Part shown: positions 30,132 through 39,899 of the stretch, piece by piece
Position numbering within the stretch: position 1 is the stretch's first letter
How the letters are laid out: each line of letters begins with the position of its first letter
Source: an uncultured Actinomycetes bacterium
GTDB lineage: Bacteria; Actinomycetota; Thermoleophilia; RBG-16-64-13
Direction of reading: 5' to 3'
DNA: 64,000 bases
Assembly: GCA_963706025.1 (NCBI GenBank)
Contig: CAVPLM010000003.1
Location: 736,001-800,000, forward strand
Notes under the pieces: generated by a model
What the model was told of the DNA's origin: nothing
Seen by the model: the letters and a program-made list of their open reading frames with translations, nothing else
Database searches by the model: none
Position numbers and translations under genes: made by a program

Positions 30132-31454
30132 TCAGGCCACTATGACGGCGCGGAAATCATTGACGTTGGTGCGGGTAGGGCCGGTAACCAAGAGATCGCC
30201 GAGCCTCTGAAAGAAGCCGTAGCTGTCGTTGGCCTCCAGGAACGTCCCCGGGTCGACGCCGGCGGCCGCTGCCCGCTTCAAGGTGTCCGGACACAGAAAC
30301 GCTCCGGCGTTCTCCTCGGTGCCGTCGATGCCGTCCGTATCGGCGGCCAGGGCGAAGATGCTCGGGGTGGCCTCCTCGGCTGAGCGTAGGGCAAGGGCCA
30401 ACGCAAGGAGATACTCGGTGTTGCGGCCCCCGCGTCCCCGGCCCTTCACCGTGACCGTGGTCTCACCGCCGGACAGGAGGACCACAGGGTCCTCCCTCTT
30501 ACGGCGCCTTTGCGCGAGCCGGACGCCCCGGACGAGGTCGGCATGGGAGGCGGCCAATTCGCGAGCTTCACCCTGCAGGTCGGCGCCAAGCACCATCGGG
30601 ACAAGACCGGCGGCGCGCGCCCGTTCGGCCGCCGCCTCCAGGGCCTTACCTGGAGTAGCAAGCAGGAGCACCTCGCCACGCGCCAGCCTCGGATCACCGG
30701 GTTTGGGCGTCTCCTCACCGCCTTCCTGCAGATGGCGGTGCACCGCCGGGGGGAGGCGGAGGTGGTACTGCTCGATCACTGCCCGCGCGTCCGCGAACGT
30801 GGTGGGATCGGCGACTGTCGGGCCGGATGCGATAGCGGTGGGGTCGTCCCCGGGCACATCGGAGATGAGGAAGGTGAAGACCCGCGCGGGGGCGCAGGCT
30901 GCTCCCAGCCGTCCGCCTGCGATGGCGGATAGGTGCTTGCGCACGCAGTTGATCTGCGCGATCGGGACTCCGGAGCGTAGCAGCTGCCGGTTCGCCTCCA
31001 GGAGTTGCGCGAGGGTCAGACCGGGTGCAGGCAGCGTCAGCAAGGCCGACCCACCCCCGCTGAACAGCGCCAGAACCAGGTCATCCTGGGTAAGGTCCCG
31101 CGTGAGTCGCAACATGCGTCTGGCCGCCTCCTCTCCCACACCGTCCGGGAACGGGTGGCCGGCCTCGATCACCTCCACCGTCCGGCACGGGAGACCGTGG
31201 CCGTAGCGGGTCACGACCAGACCCGAGAGAGGGGCCGTCCAGTGATCCTCCACGGTCTTGGCCATGGCCGCGGCCGCCTTCCCCGCCCCCAGCACGAGGG
31301 TGCGACCCCGGGGTGGAGAGGGTAGGATGGAAGGCAAATGCCGATCCGGTGCCGCTGCCTCCACCATCGCGTCGAAGAGGCCACGCAGGAGTTCCCGGGC
31401 ACGGCCTGGAACCATGATGCGGGTAGAGTTGAGAGGGGGTTGTTCCATCCTCAC
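30132..31454 (-). CDS. Glycerate kinase type 2 (MOFRL/TtuD family)
   Basis: GAGKAA, AGHP.PD, SGGGSALL, SDVPGD, GGETTV, GGRN.E, DTDGIDG, TGPT.TNVND. Confidence 0.93.
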   Translation of the reverse strand: MRMEQPPLNSTRIMVPGRARELLRGLFDAMVEAAAPDRHLPSILPSPPRGRTLVLGAGKAAAAMAKTVEDHWTAPLSGLVVTRYGHGLPCRTVEVIEAGHPFPDGVGEEAARRMLRLTRDLTQDDLVLALFSGGGSALLTLPAPGLTLAQLLEANRQLLRSGVPIAQINCVRKHLSAIAGGRLGAACAPARVFTFLISDVPGDDPTAIASGPTVADPTTFADARAVIEQYHLRLPPAVHRHLQEGGEETPKPGDPRLARGEVLLLATPGKALEAAAERARAAGLVPMVLGADLQGEARELAASHADLVRGVRLAQRRRKREDPVVLLSGGETTVTVKGRGRGGRNTEYLLALALALRSAEEATPSIFALAADTDGIDGTEENAGAFLCPDTLKRAAAAGVDPGTFLEANDSYGFFQRLGDLLVTGPTRTNVNDFRAVIVA

Positions 31455-31489
31455 GATGGTCTCACGAATGGAGAGGACTTGGGTCTCAG

Positions 31490-31915
31490 ATGGTGCGCGT
31501 GACTGAGGACCTGGAGATCGCGGACGGGGAGCTTTCCTTTGCCACGTCTCGGAGCAGCGGTCCTGGGGGTCAGAACGTCAACAAGGTGAACACCCGTGTC
31601 ACCTTGCTGTTCGATCTGGAGGGATCGGCCTCCCTGTCGGCGCAGCAGCGTGCGCTGCTGCGCCACCGACTTCCCGGGCGGATCAACAAGGAGGGCGTTC
31701 TGCGGGTGGTGTCCCAACGCCACCGCACGCAACTGGCGAACCGGGACGCCGCGGTGGAGCGGTTCGTTGAACTCGTCAGAGCTGCCCTGACCGAGGCGCC
31801 GGAGCGCATATCGGTAACTCCGCCGGACCAGGCGAATGAGAGACGCTTGGAGGCGAAGCGGCGGCGGAGCCGCGTCAAGCGGGAGCGGTCTGTAGGTGTC
31901 GACACGGAAGACTGA
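31490..31915 (+). CDS. arfB: Alternative ribosome rescue peptidyl-tRNA hydrolase ArfB
   Basis: RSSGPGGQNVNKV; basic C-terminal tail RRLEAKRRRSRVKRER. Confidence 0.93.
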   Translation: MVRVTEDLEIADGELSFATSRSSGPGGQNVNKVNTRVTLLFDLEGSASLSAQQRALLRHRLPGRINKEGVLRVVSQRHRTQLANRDAAVERFVELVRAALTEAPERISVTPPDQANERRLEAKRRRSRVKRERSVGVDTED

Positions 31916-32173
31916 CGGCGGCTGCGCGCGCCACCTGCGCCGGCCACCTGCTTGCGCCGCCTGGGTGTGCCGCCCGCCCGCCGGCCGGTGACGAAGCTGG
32001 ACTGGATCCCGACACGGCCCAAGTTTCGCCCCGGTGGTCGCAGCCTCGCCGCGAGTGTGGAGGTGCAGGACTCACGGCCTCGCTCCCGTTCGCGCTGGGA
32101 AGGTGGGCCTACCCCCCGCGTCTCAACGTGGTTACAATGACAAGCAGCGCCCAACGTCCGCAAAGGGGAGGCG

Positions 32174-34831
32174 ATGGCGGGCCCGTTGAGCAATCCCGAC
32201 GCGCGCTCGGCCGTGATCCGCACGCCGGACTACCGCCTGCGCGTCTTCGTCAGCTCCACGCTCGAGGAGCTCGCCGACGAACGCGACGCCGTGCGCCGCG
32301 CCGTCATGCGGTTCCGGCTCGCCCCGGTGATGTTCGAGCTCGGGGCGCGGCCTCACCCGGCTGATGACGTCTATCAGGCCTACCTGGCCCAGAGCCACGT
32401 CTTCGTCGGCATCTACTGGCAGTCATACGGATGGGTCGCGCCGGGGAAGACGCGCTCAGGGTTGGAGGACGAGTACGACCTGTCCGCCGGCCTGCCGCGC
32501 CTGCTCTACATCAAGAGCCCGGCGCCCGAGCGGGAGCCGGCCCTTGACGATCTCCTGGCGCGGATCAGAGAGGAGAACGCGGGTTGCTACAAGTCGTTCG
32601 CGTCGGCGGAGGAGCTCGGGGAGCTCGTCGAGAACGACCTCGCCCTCCTGCTGACCGAGCGCTTCGAGGCGACGCGCGGCCGCGAGCTGCCAAGCGAGGC
32701 CGTCGATGAGCACCCGCTGACCAACGTTCCCTTCCCGCGCAACCCCCTCATCGACCGCGTGCAGGAGCTCAAGACGGGCTGCGACCTGCTCCTGCATGAC
32801 GACGTGGCGCTGGTGACGCTCACCGGGCCGGGTGGCTCGGGCAAGTCGCGGCTGGGCATCGAGATCGCGCTCGAGGTGCGCGACCGCTTCGCCGACGGCG
32901 TCTTCCTGGTCGGACTGGACGTGATCACCGATCCCGACCTCGTGATCCCGACCATCGCCAGGACCCTCGGCGTGCGCGAGCCGACCGACGGGACCACGGT
33001 CGACGATGCGCTTAAGGGGTCCGTCTGCGGCAAGCGGCTGCTCCTGCTCCTCGACAACTTCGAGCAGGTGATCGCCGCGGCTCCGCGCATCGCTCGCCTT
33101 CTGGAGGGATGTCCGCACACCAAGATGCTGGTGACGAGCCGCGCCCCGTTGCGTCTGCGTGCCGAAAGGGAGCTTCGCGTGTCTCCTCTGGCCCTGCCCC
33201 CGGCGGGTCCGATGCTCGAACTCGAGCCGCTCTCGCAGTACGCCGCCGTGCAGCTGTTCATCCAACGGGCGCAGGCGGCGAGGGCCGGCTTCGAGGTCAC
33301 CAACGAGAACGCGCCGGCGGTCGCGGAGATCTGCCACCGGCTCGACGGCCTGCCCCTGGCGATCGAACTGGCTGCCGCACGCATCAGGATGCTCTCGCCG
33401 CGAGCGCTGCTCGAGCGTATGGAGCACAGCTTCGACGTGCTCAGTAGCGTGATCAGGGACCTGCCCGAGAGACAGCGCACGCTCCACGCTACGATCGATT
33501 GGAGTTACAGCCTGCTGAGCGAGGAGCAGAAGCGGCTGTTTCGACGGCTGGGGACCTTCGTCGGAGGGTGGGCGTTCGAGGCCGCCGACGCGGTCTGCAA
33601 CGCGGAGGGCGAGACGCCCGTCGACGTCTTCCAGGCGCTGGAGAGGCTGGTCGACCTCAGTCTCGTCGTGCCGCCCGAGGAGGTGGGTGGTGAGCTCCGC
33701 TTCAGGAGCCTCGAGACGATCCGCGAGTTCGCCGTGAGGCACCTGGTCGAAGCCGGCGAGGCCGACCCGGCGCGGCGGTTGCACGCGGAGTTCTTCCTGA
33801 AGGTCGCGCAGCAGTTCGGCCGAAAGGCCGCGCAGCGACCCCTTGTCCGCCGAGACTACGACGCTGTCGAGGCCGAGCTCGACAACGTGCGCGCGGCGCG
33901 CGTCTGGCTACACGGCCGGCGCCGCGATATCGACGAGATCAGACTGCTATCGGCGCTTCGCCTGTTCTTCTATGTGCGGGGCTACCAGACGGAGGCGAGA
34001 ACGTTCCTGAACGAAGCGCTCGCCCGAGCGCGGGAGGTGCCTCCTGACGTTCGCGCAGATGCGGTGACCGCATGCATCTGGCTTGCCTATCGGGCCGGCG
34101 ACTACACTGCCGCAAGAGTCTCCTGCGGGGAGCTGCTCGCTCTCAGCGCGAGCCTTCCTGATCCGAGCGTGAGGGCCCGGGCACTCGGAGAGCTCGGCAA
34201 TGTCGCCGCCGCGGAGTCGGACTATGAGGGTGCGACAGAGCTGTATGAGGAGGCAGCTCGCATGTTCCGCGAGTCGGGGGAGAAGGGCCGGCTTTCTGCC
34301 GTCCTGGGCAACCTGGGCGAGGTAGTCCTCTGTCAAGGCAGGCTCGACCGCGCCGAGCAGCTCCTCGTCGAGAGCGTCGCGCTCGCGCGTGAGGCCGCTG
34401 ACCCGGACGGCGAGGCCGCCTCGCTCTTTGCGCTCGCGCGGACTCGCCTCGAGCGAGGAGATCGCGAAGCTGCCGGCGGAACGCTCGTCGCAGCGATCGG
34501 CATAGGTGCCGACCTCGGCTACCCGGAGGTCCTCGCGTACTGCGTCACGCTCGCGGCCGAGCTCGCGGCACCGTTTGCCCCCGAATCGGCTGCCCAGCTG
34601 GCCGGCGCGAGCGAGGCCGCCCTGGAAAGGCTAGGCATCCCCCTCCAGAAGCTGGAGCGTGAAGCCCACGAACGCACACTCGCTTCTCTGAGCGCCCGGC
34701 TCGGGCCCAGATCGGAGGAGCTGCGCGCACGCGGGCGTGAGCTCGATCTGGAAGATGCAGCTTCAAGCGCTCGCTCTCTGCTCGACCGTCTGAGGATCGA
34801 CTCCGGAGCGACTCCCGGCTGTCCAGCCTAG
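32174..34831 (+). CDS. DUF4062 + STAND/NB-ARC-like ATPase + TPR protein
   Basis: LRVFVSST..EL..ER N-domain; GPGGSGKS, LLLLDNFEQ, VTSR, LDGLPLAIELAAAR; helical repeats at the C-terminus. Confidence 0.85.
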   Translation: MAGPLSNPDARSAVIRTPDYRLRVFVSSTLEELADERDAVRRAVMRFRLAPVMFELGARPHPADDVYQAYLAQSHVFVGIYWQSYGWVAPGKTRSGLEDEYDLSAGLPRLLYIKSPAPEREPALDDLLARIREENAGCYKSFASAEELGELVENDLALLLTERFEATRGRELPSEAVDEHPLTNVPFPRNPLIDRVQELKTGCDLLLHDDVALVTLTGPGGSGKSRLGIEIALEVRDRFADGVFLVGLDVITDPDLVIPTIARTLGVREPTDGTTVDDALKGSVCGKRLLLLLDNFEQVIAAAPRIARLLEGCPHTKMLVTSRAPLRLRAERELRVSPLALPPAGPMLELEPLSQYAAVQLFIQRAQAARAGFEVTNENAPAVAEICHRLDGLPLAIELAAARIRMLSPRALLERMEHSFDVLSSVIRDLPERQRTLHATIDWSYSLLSEEQKRLFRRLGTFVGGWAFEAADAVCNAEGETPVDVFQALERLVDLSLVVPPEEVGGELRFRSLETIREFAVRHLVEAGEADPARRLHAEFFLKVAQQFGRKAAQRPLVRRDYDAVEAELDNVRAARVWLHGRRRDIDEIRLLSALRLFFYVRGYQTEARTFLNEALARAREVPPDVRADAVTACIWLAYRAGDYTAARVSCGELLALSASLPDPSVRARALGELGNVAAAESDYEGATELYEEAARMFRESGEKGRLSAVLGNLGEVVLCQGRLDRAEQLLVESVALAREAADPDGEAASLFALARTRLERGDREAAGGTLVAAIGIGADLGYPEVLAYCVTLAAELAAPFAPESAAQLAGASEAALERLGIPLQKLEREAHERTLASLSARLGPRSEELRARGRELDLEDAASSARSLLDRLRIDSGATPGCPA

Positions 34832-35000
34832 CGTGCGCCCTGTGCCGGGAGCGTCGGGTCTCCTGCATGGCGCTCACGGCGGGCCGACTCGAGGCGCCGT
34901 CCGCCGACGCGCGCCGCGTCTTGCTCGCGGCGGTCTCGAGATCGGCGCAGCGCCCTTGTGCGCCGGCGGTACGCGGCTGTGGATCGCATCAGCCGACCGA

Positions 35001-35408
35001 CTAGCCGGCTATCCGCGAAACGACAAAGTCGACCGTGCGCCGGTCGTAGTCCACGCGGTGCTCGGTGCCGCTAATCTCGTGCCCGTCATCCGGGTAGACG
35101 ATCGCCCCGCACTCCACGCCGTAGGCGCACGCGCTGTGCGCGACCTCGTCGACCTGGCCGGGCGGGCAGCGAGGGTCGAGGGCCGCCGCCATGATCAGCA
35201 GGGGCGCCCTGATCCGGTCCAGATGGTTGATGGGCGAGTAGTACTCAAGGCGGGCGCGGTCCTGGGGCAGGCGGCCGCTGTTCTCGACGTCCCACCAGAC
35301 GAGGTCGGGGCGAACGGCCAGATCCTGTTCGCTCACCTGATCCTGCAGCCGCCGTACGTCGTTGAGCCGCTGTGCCCGGTGTCCCGGGAAAAGCGAATGA
35401 TCCTTCAC
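35001..35408 (-). pseudogene. S9 prolyl-oligopeptidase family C-terminal fragment
   Basis: SPINHLDRIRAPLLI, DPRCP, YPDDGH retain the catalytic Asp and His; no GxSxG and no propeller domain. Confidence 0.7.
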
Positions 35409-35421
35409 GGTAGACCCCTAG

Positions 35422-36663
35422 TCAGAACATCGTGACGCAGTAGGGGGCTGTGCCCGTTCTGAACATGGCATCAGCGCGTTCGAGCGCCCCTGTGCTTAGC
35501 TCACGTACCCGCCCGGCCATCGCCAGCGCCGCGAACGAGACTCCGCCAAGATAGGCTGCGCCCAGACTGTCCATTCCAAGGGCGAGATCGGGCGCGGCCG
35601 TTGTGGGCGCGCATTCGGCGCCTCCAGTGCCAGCCGGACCGCTGCTGAGGATGAAGCGGCTGGTGCTCGGAGTCGGAAAGGCGTCGGTCACCTCCAGGAC
35701 CAAGCGTCCCGGGTACCCATACGCTCGAGCCGCGAGCGCTCGGGGCACGTCGAGCAGTCGCAGCCACAGGTAGTCGGCAAGAGCGTCCACTCGGAAGCGC
35801 CGGGGATCGGCCAGGAGCCAGCGTAGCGGCTCGTCTGCCCGGCCGCTCGAAAAGGATATCGTCCGGCACAGGTCGGTATTCAGCGCGTAATCCCACAACG
35901 CTCTGTAGACGCCCGGGTCGCCGGCTATGAGTTCGACCACCAGGACGTGACTCAAAGAGATCGCGCCCTCCCATTGCTCTCTGATGCGGTAGCTCAGGTA
36001 ACCGTCGGCGACCCCCGGCACGGTCTCGTGCTTGGCGTGGAACATCCCGCCTCCGCCCTCGCGCTCCCGAGGGTGATCGTACAGGTGTTCGCTCCACCAG
36101 CCGGGTGAACGGCTGACCGCTCCGGGTTGCAGAAGGCGAAGGTCCTCGTAGATGAGGGGCAGTTCCGCGGCGGCTTCCTCGGCGTCGAGGAGAATGACGC
36201 GGCCCGGGTCCTCGACCGGGACCGCGAGAGCCGCATAAGGCTGCTCCACACTGAAGCTGATGACGCTGGTGGCCGGACCGTAGCCAAAGCGACCATAGAT
36301 GTTTCCCTCGGACGCGAGAAGCGTCGACACGGGCTCACCGCGATGGACCATGCCGGCGAATTGGGCCGCCACAAGTTGCCGGATGATGCCGCGCCGGCGA
36401 TGTGTGGGGAGAACACCCACCCAAGTGAGGCCTCCCGCGGGCACGGCCGACCCGCCGGGCAGGGTGAGCTCCATGGAGAGCACTGTGGACGTGGCCACCA
36501 TCTTGCCGCCTTCGAACGCGCACAGTGCTCGTTCCAAGGGGAAAGCCAGGCGGTAGATTCTCTCGTCCTCCTCCGTCGGTTGCTCACCGAACGCGGTGCA
36601 CACGACGCCGACCGCGGCGTGGAACTCCTCTTCCCTTGGGGGGCGTATCTCGATGCCGTCCAT
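35422..36663 (-). CDS. Eis-family GNAT acetyltransferase
   Basis: VGVLPTHRRRG, L.ASE..IYGRFGYG, LWLRLLDVPRAL.AR.Y, LGAAYLGG, C-terminal PYC...F. Confidence 0.92.
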   Translation of the reverse strand: MDGIEIRPPREEEFHAAVGVVCTAFGEQPTEEDERIYRLAFPLERALCAFEGGKMVATSTVLSMELTLPGGSAVPAGGLTWVGVLPTHRRRGIIRQLVAAQFAGMVHRGEPVSTLLASEGNIYGRFGYGPATSVISFSVEQPYAALAVPVEDPGRVILLDAEEAAAELPLIYEDLRLLQPGAVSRSPGWWSEHLYDHPREREGGGGMFHAKHETVPGVADGYLSYRIREQWEGAISLSHVLVVELIAGDPGVYRALWDYALNTDLCRTISFSSGRADEPLRWLLADPRRFRVDALADYLWLRLLDVPRALAARAYGYPGRLVLEVTDAFPTPSTSRFILSSGPAGTGGAECAPTTAAPDLALGMDSLGAAYLGGVSFAALAMAGRVRELSTGALERADAMFRTGTAPYCVTMF

Positions 36664-36735
36664 AGTGGACATGATACATACGGGGAACGAGGAGGGCGAT
36701 GGCCGACTCATCACCTCTCATTGGGATGCCGATAC

Positions 36736-36793
36736 TTGACGATGTCGGCTCGTCTCTGTAAGCTTCCTCGGCCAGTGAATGAACGTTCATTCA
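36736..36793 (+). promoter_or_regulatory. Promoter plus probable TetR operator
   Basis: TTGACG-17 nt-TAAGCT, followed by the perfect 18-bp palindrome TGAATGAACGTTCATTCA (36776-36793). Confidence 0.8.
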
Positions 36794-36838
36794 GGATTCT
36801 GGTGAGTCGGTAATCCGGGTGCCTGAAGGGCGGTCATA

Positions 36839-37510
36839 GTGGCAAGAATCACATGCGAGGAGTTCCAGACCCGCAGAGACGAGATACTCGCGTCCGCTAC
36901 CCGCGTGTTCGCCCGCCGGGGATGCGCTCAGGCGACCATGAACGATGTGGCCGCCGAGGCGGGCCTGAGCGTGGGGGCTATCTACCGCTACTATCCAAGT
37001 AAGGACGACCTTGTGCGGGCCGTGTTCGAGCATATCGGTGAGAGCACGCGCGCACTTTTTACCCGAGCCGCGGAGAGGGCCGACACGCCGGCCGACATAC
37101 TGAGAGGCGCGGGATGGGCGATAGAGCAGCGGTTCAGGGAGGCACCCGCGCGCGAGGAGACCATCTTGGTGCTGGAGGCCATTCTCGCAGACGCGCGACG
37201 GGAAGGGGATTCTCCGGCTCGCGGCCGTCAGCTCAGGGAGGCGTACGTCTTTCTGACCGAGCGTCTCTTCCGGGAGGCCCAAGAGCAGGGGGCGCTCGAT
37301 CCCGGAATAGATGCGCGCGGCCTGGCCTTGCTTTTCGTCTCTCTGATGGTGGGTATACATGTACTGAGCCTGGAATTCGGGGAGAGCTTTGACATGAAAC
37401 CGCTCCGCGAGATGGTGGATGAGTTGTTGGAGCGTTTCGCGCCCCGTCCGAGTCGAAGAATGGACGACATAGGCGACGACGCGTTGGTTTCTATCGGGGG
37501 TCAGCAGTGA
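36839..37510 (+). CDS. TetR/AcrR family regulator
   Basis: RRDEIL..A..VFARRG...TM.DVA.EAGLS.GAIYRYY.SKDDL. Confidence 0.93.
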   Translation: MARITCEEFQTRRDEILASATRVFARRGCAQATMNDVAAEAGLSVGAIYRYYPSKDDLVRAVFEHIGESTRALFTRAAERADTPADILRGAGWAIEQRFREAPAREETILVLEAILADARREGDSPARGRQLREAYVFLTERLFREAQEQGALDPGIDARGLALLFVSLMVGIHVLSLEFGESFDMKPLREMVDELLERFAPRPSRRMDDIGDDALVSIGGQQ

Positions 37511-39747
37511 AGTTCCCTTCCACGGAAAGACTGGCCGGTTTCAGCGCCCGCCACCCTTGGTGGGTGGTAGGTATATGGGTGCTCTTCCTGGTCCTGGCGC
37601 TCGCCGCGTCGCCCGGACTCAAGGGCGCGCTCACCGGCGACGAGATGAAGTTTCTCAACAACCCGGATTCGGTCAAAGGCCAGACCCTGCTCTCGCAGGA
37701 GATGATCGGGACCCCGGACATCACGGAGACCGTGATTGTTCACTCCGACACGGCTACCGTCGACGATCCTGTCTTCCAGCAGAGAGTCGAGGAGGTCACG
37801 GCGGCTCTGTTCGCGCAGCGCGGGACTGTCGCCCAGGCCTTCACGTATTACCAAGCCGCTCTCTTCGATCCGGAGGCGGCCGAGACGATGGTCTCGGCCG
37901 ACCGTCACACCACCCTCATCCCGGTCTCATTCGTCGGGGATGCTGCTGCGAATGGCGACTCTATAGACACATATCTGGAAACGGTCCGCTCTCAGAACGC
38001 CGAGGGCTTCGAGGTCGCGACAGTGGGCGGGGCCAGCATCGGGCGCGAGTTCACCACCGTCGCCGAGCGGGACCTGCTGAAAGCCGAGTTAATCGGCCTG
38101 CCCATCACCTTGCTCGTCCTCGTCTTCGTCTTCGGCGCGCTGATGGCCGCCGGCGTCTCCCTGGCGCTCGCTCTGGTGGCCATCTTTGTGAGCATGGGGG
38201 TGATAGCCGTCGTGGGACTTTTCGTCCCCCAGTCGTTCTTCATCGTGAACGTTATCATGATGATCGGTCTGGCCGTGGGCATCGACTACGCGCTCTTCAT
38301 CATCGAGCGCTTCCGAGAGGAAAGGCGGCAGGGTCTCAGTAAGATCGAGGCTATCACCGCAACCGGGGCGACGGCCAGCCGGGCGGTCCTCTTCTCCGGG
38401 GGCACGGTCATGCTCGCCCTGGCGGGACTCTTCATCATTCCCATCACCACGTTCCGCAGCCTGGGAGTGGGTGCGCTGTTGGTCGTGGCGGTCGCCATCC
38501 TGGCGATGCTCACTCTGGTTCCGGCGCTGCTCAGCCTCCTCGGGGACCGGGTCAACTGGCCTCTGGTCCGTTGGCACAGGAAGAAGCACGACGGTGAGCG
38601 CGTGCACAGTCACCTCACCGTATACAAGGGCTTCTGGGGCAAGTTCACCAAAGGCATCATGGCCAGGCCGATCGTGGGAGTGGTGCTGACGGTGGTCATA
38701 TTGCTGGCCATCACCGTACCTGCGTTCATGCTCAAGACCGGGGCGTCTGGAGGGCCGGAAGCGCTCCCCGCCGGGGAGCGTCGAGATGCCTATGAGTTGC
38801 TCGTTGACAACTTCCCCGCGGGCGTGTTGGCCCCTGTCCAGATCGTGGTGGACGCGGAACGGACCGCCACGATCGACGGGGCGATCGAGGCTCTGCGCGA
38901 GCGCATGAACACCTCGGGGGATTTCGCCGCCGTGGCCACGGTGAACTGGAACCAGGATGAGAATGTGGCCCTGATCAGCGCTCCCCTCGCCGTGGAGGGC
39001 AATTCCGAGGCTGCATATGCGGCGATCGACGACCTACGGGCCGGAATGATCCCCGAGGCTTTTGCCCGCCAGGACGCATCTGTGTTCGTAACGGGCCAAA
39101 CCGCCCTCGAATACGACTCTGTCAGCCTCGTCAACAAGCTCACGCCGGCGGTACTGGCGTTCGTCCTGGGGCTGACCTTCATCCTGCTCATGGTGGTCTT
39201 CCGCTCGATCGTGGTGCCGCTCAACGCCATCCTTATGAACCTGCTCTCGGTGGGAGCGGCCTACGGGATGCTGGTGCTGGTGTTCCAGAAGGGGATCGGG
39301 CATCAGCTCTTCGGTTTCCAGCAGACGCCGACCATAGAGTCGTGGGTGCCGATATTCCTATTCTGCATTCTGTTCGGGCTGAGCATGGACTACCACGTGT
39401 TCCTTCTCAGCCGCATCCAGGAGCATTACGATCGCACAGACAAGAGCAAAGAGGCGGTGGCCGTAGGGCTCAAAGCGACCAGTCGCATCATCACCGGAGC
39501 AGCTCTGATCATGGTGGTGGTGTTCTCGACTTTCGCCGCGGGCAACCTGGTGATGTTGCAGCAGGTGGGATTCGGCCTGGCTGTCGCGGTACTGCTCGAC
39601 GCCACCCTCATCCGCTCGATACTGGTGCCCGCCAGCATGGCGCTTCTAGGCAAGATCAGCTGGTACTTGCCGCGGGCGCTCCGGCGGGTCCTGCCTCGCA
39701 TCCGCATCGAGGGCCAGCGCACCAAGCCGGTCAGGCCTCCGGCCTAA
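37507..39747 (+). CDS. MMPL (RND) family transporter
   Basis: GLAVGIDYALF, FGLSMDYHVFL, two TM/loop repeats. Confidence 0.93.
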   Translation: MKFPSTERLAGFSARHPWWVVGIWVLFLVLALAASPGLKGALTGDEMKFLNNPDSVKGQTLLSQEMIGTPDITETVIVHSDTATVDDPVFQQRVEEVTAALFAQRGTVAQAFTYYQAALFDPEAAETMVSADRHTTLIPVSFVGDAAANGDSIDTYLETVRSQNAEGFEVATVGGASIGREFTTVAERDLLKAELIGLPITLLVLVFVFGALMAAGVSLALALVAIFVSMGVIAVVGLFVPQSFFIVNVIMMIGLAVGIDYALFIIERFREERRQGLSKIEAITATGATASRAVLFSGGTVMLALAGLFIIPITTFRSLGVGALLVVAVAILAMLTLVPALLSLLGDRVNWPLVRWHRKKHDGERVHSHLTVYKGFWGKFTKGIMARPIVGVVLTVVILLAITVPAFMLKTGASGGPEALPAGERRDAYELLVDNFPAGVLAPVQIVVDAERTATIDGAIEALRERMNTSGDFAAVATVNWNQDENVALISAPLAVEGNSEAAYAAIDDLRAGMIPEAFARQDASVFVTGQTALEYDSVSLVNKLTPAVLAFVLGLTFILLMVVFRSIVVPLNAILMNLLSVGAAYGMLVLVFQKGIGHQLFGFQQTPTIESWVPIFLFCILFGLSMDYHVFLLSRIQEHYDRTDKSKEAVAVGLKATSRIITGAALIMVVVFSTFAAGNLVMLQQVGFGLAVAVLLDATLIRSILVPASMALLGKISWYLPRALRRVLPRIRIEGQRTKPVRPPA

Positions 39748-39899
39748 GAACTCGTTTCAGAATGGAGTCTTGGCCGTCTCGTCCGCGCTGGGCGGAGCGA
39801 TCCATCGTCCTCAGTCGCGCCCTTAGCGCTGCTACGACCGCCCCCTCCGCGTAAAGGGCTATAATGGCCCGCGGCTACCCCAGCGAAGGAGAGATCCAG

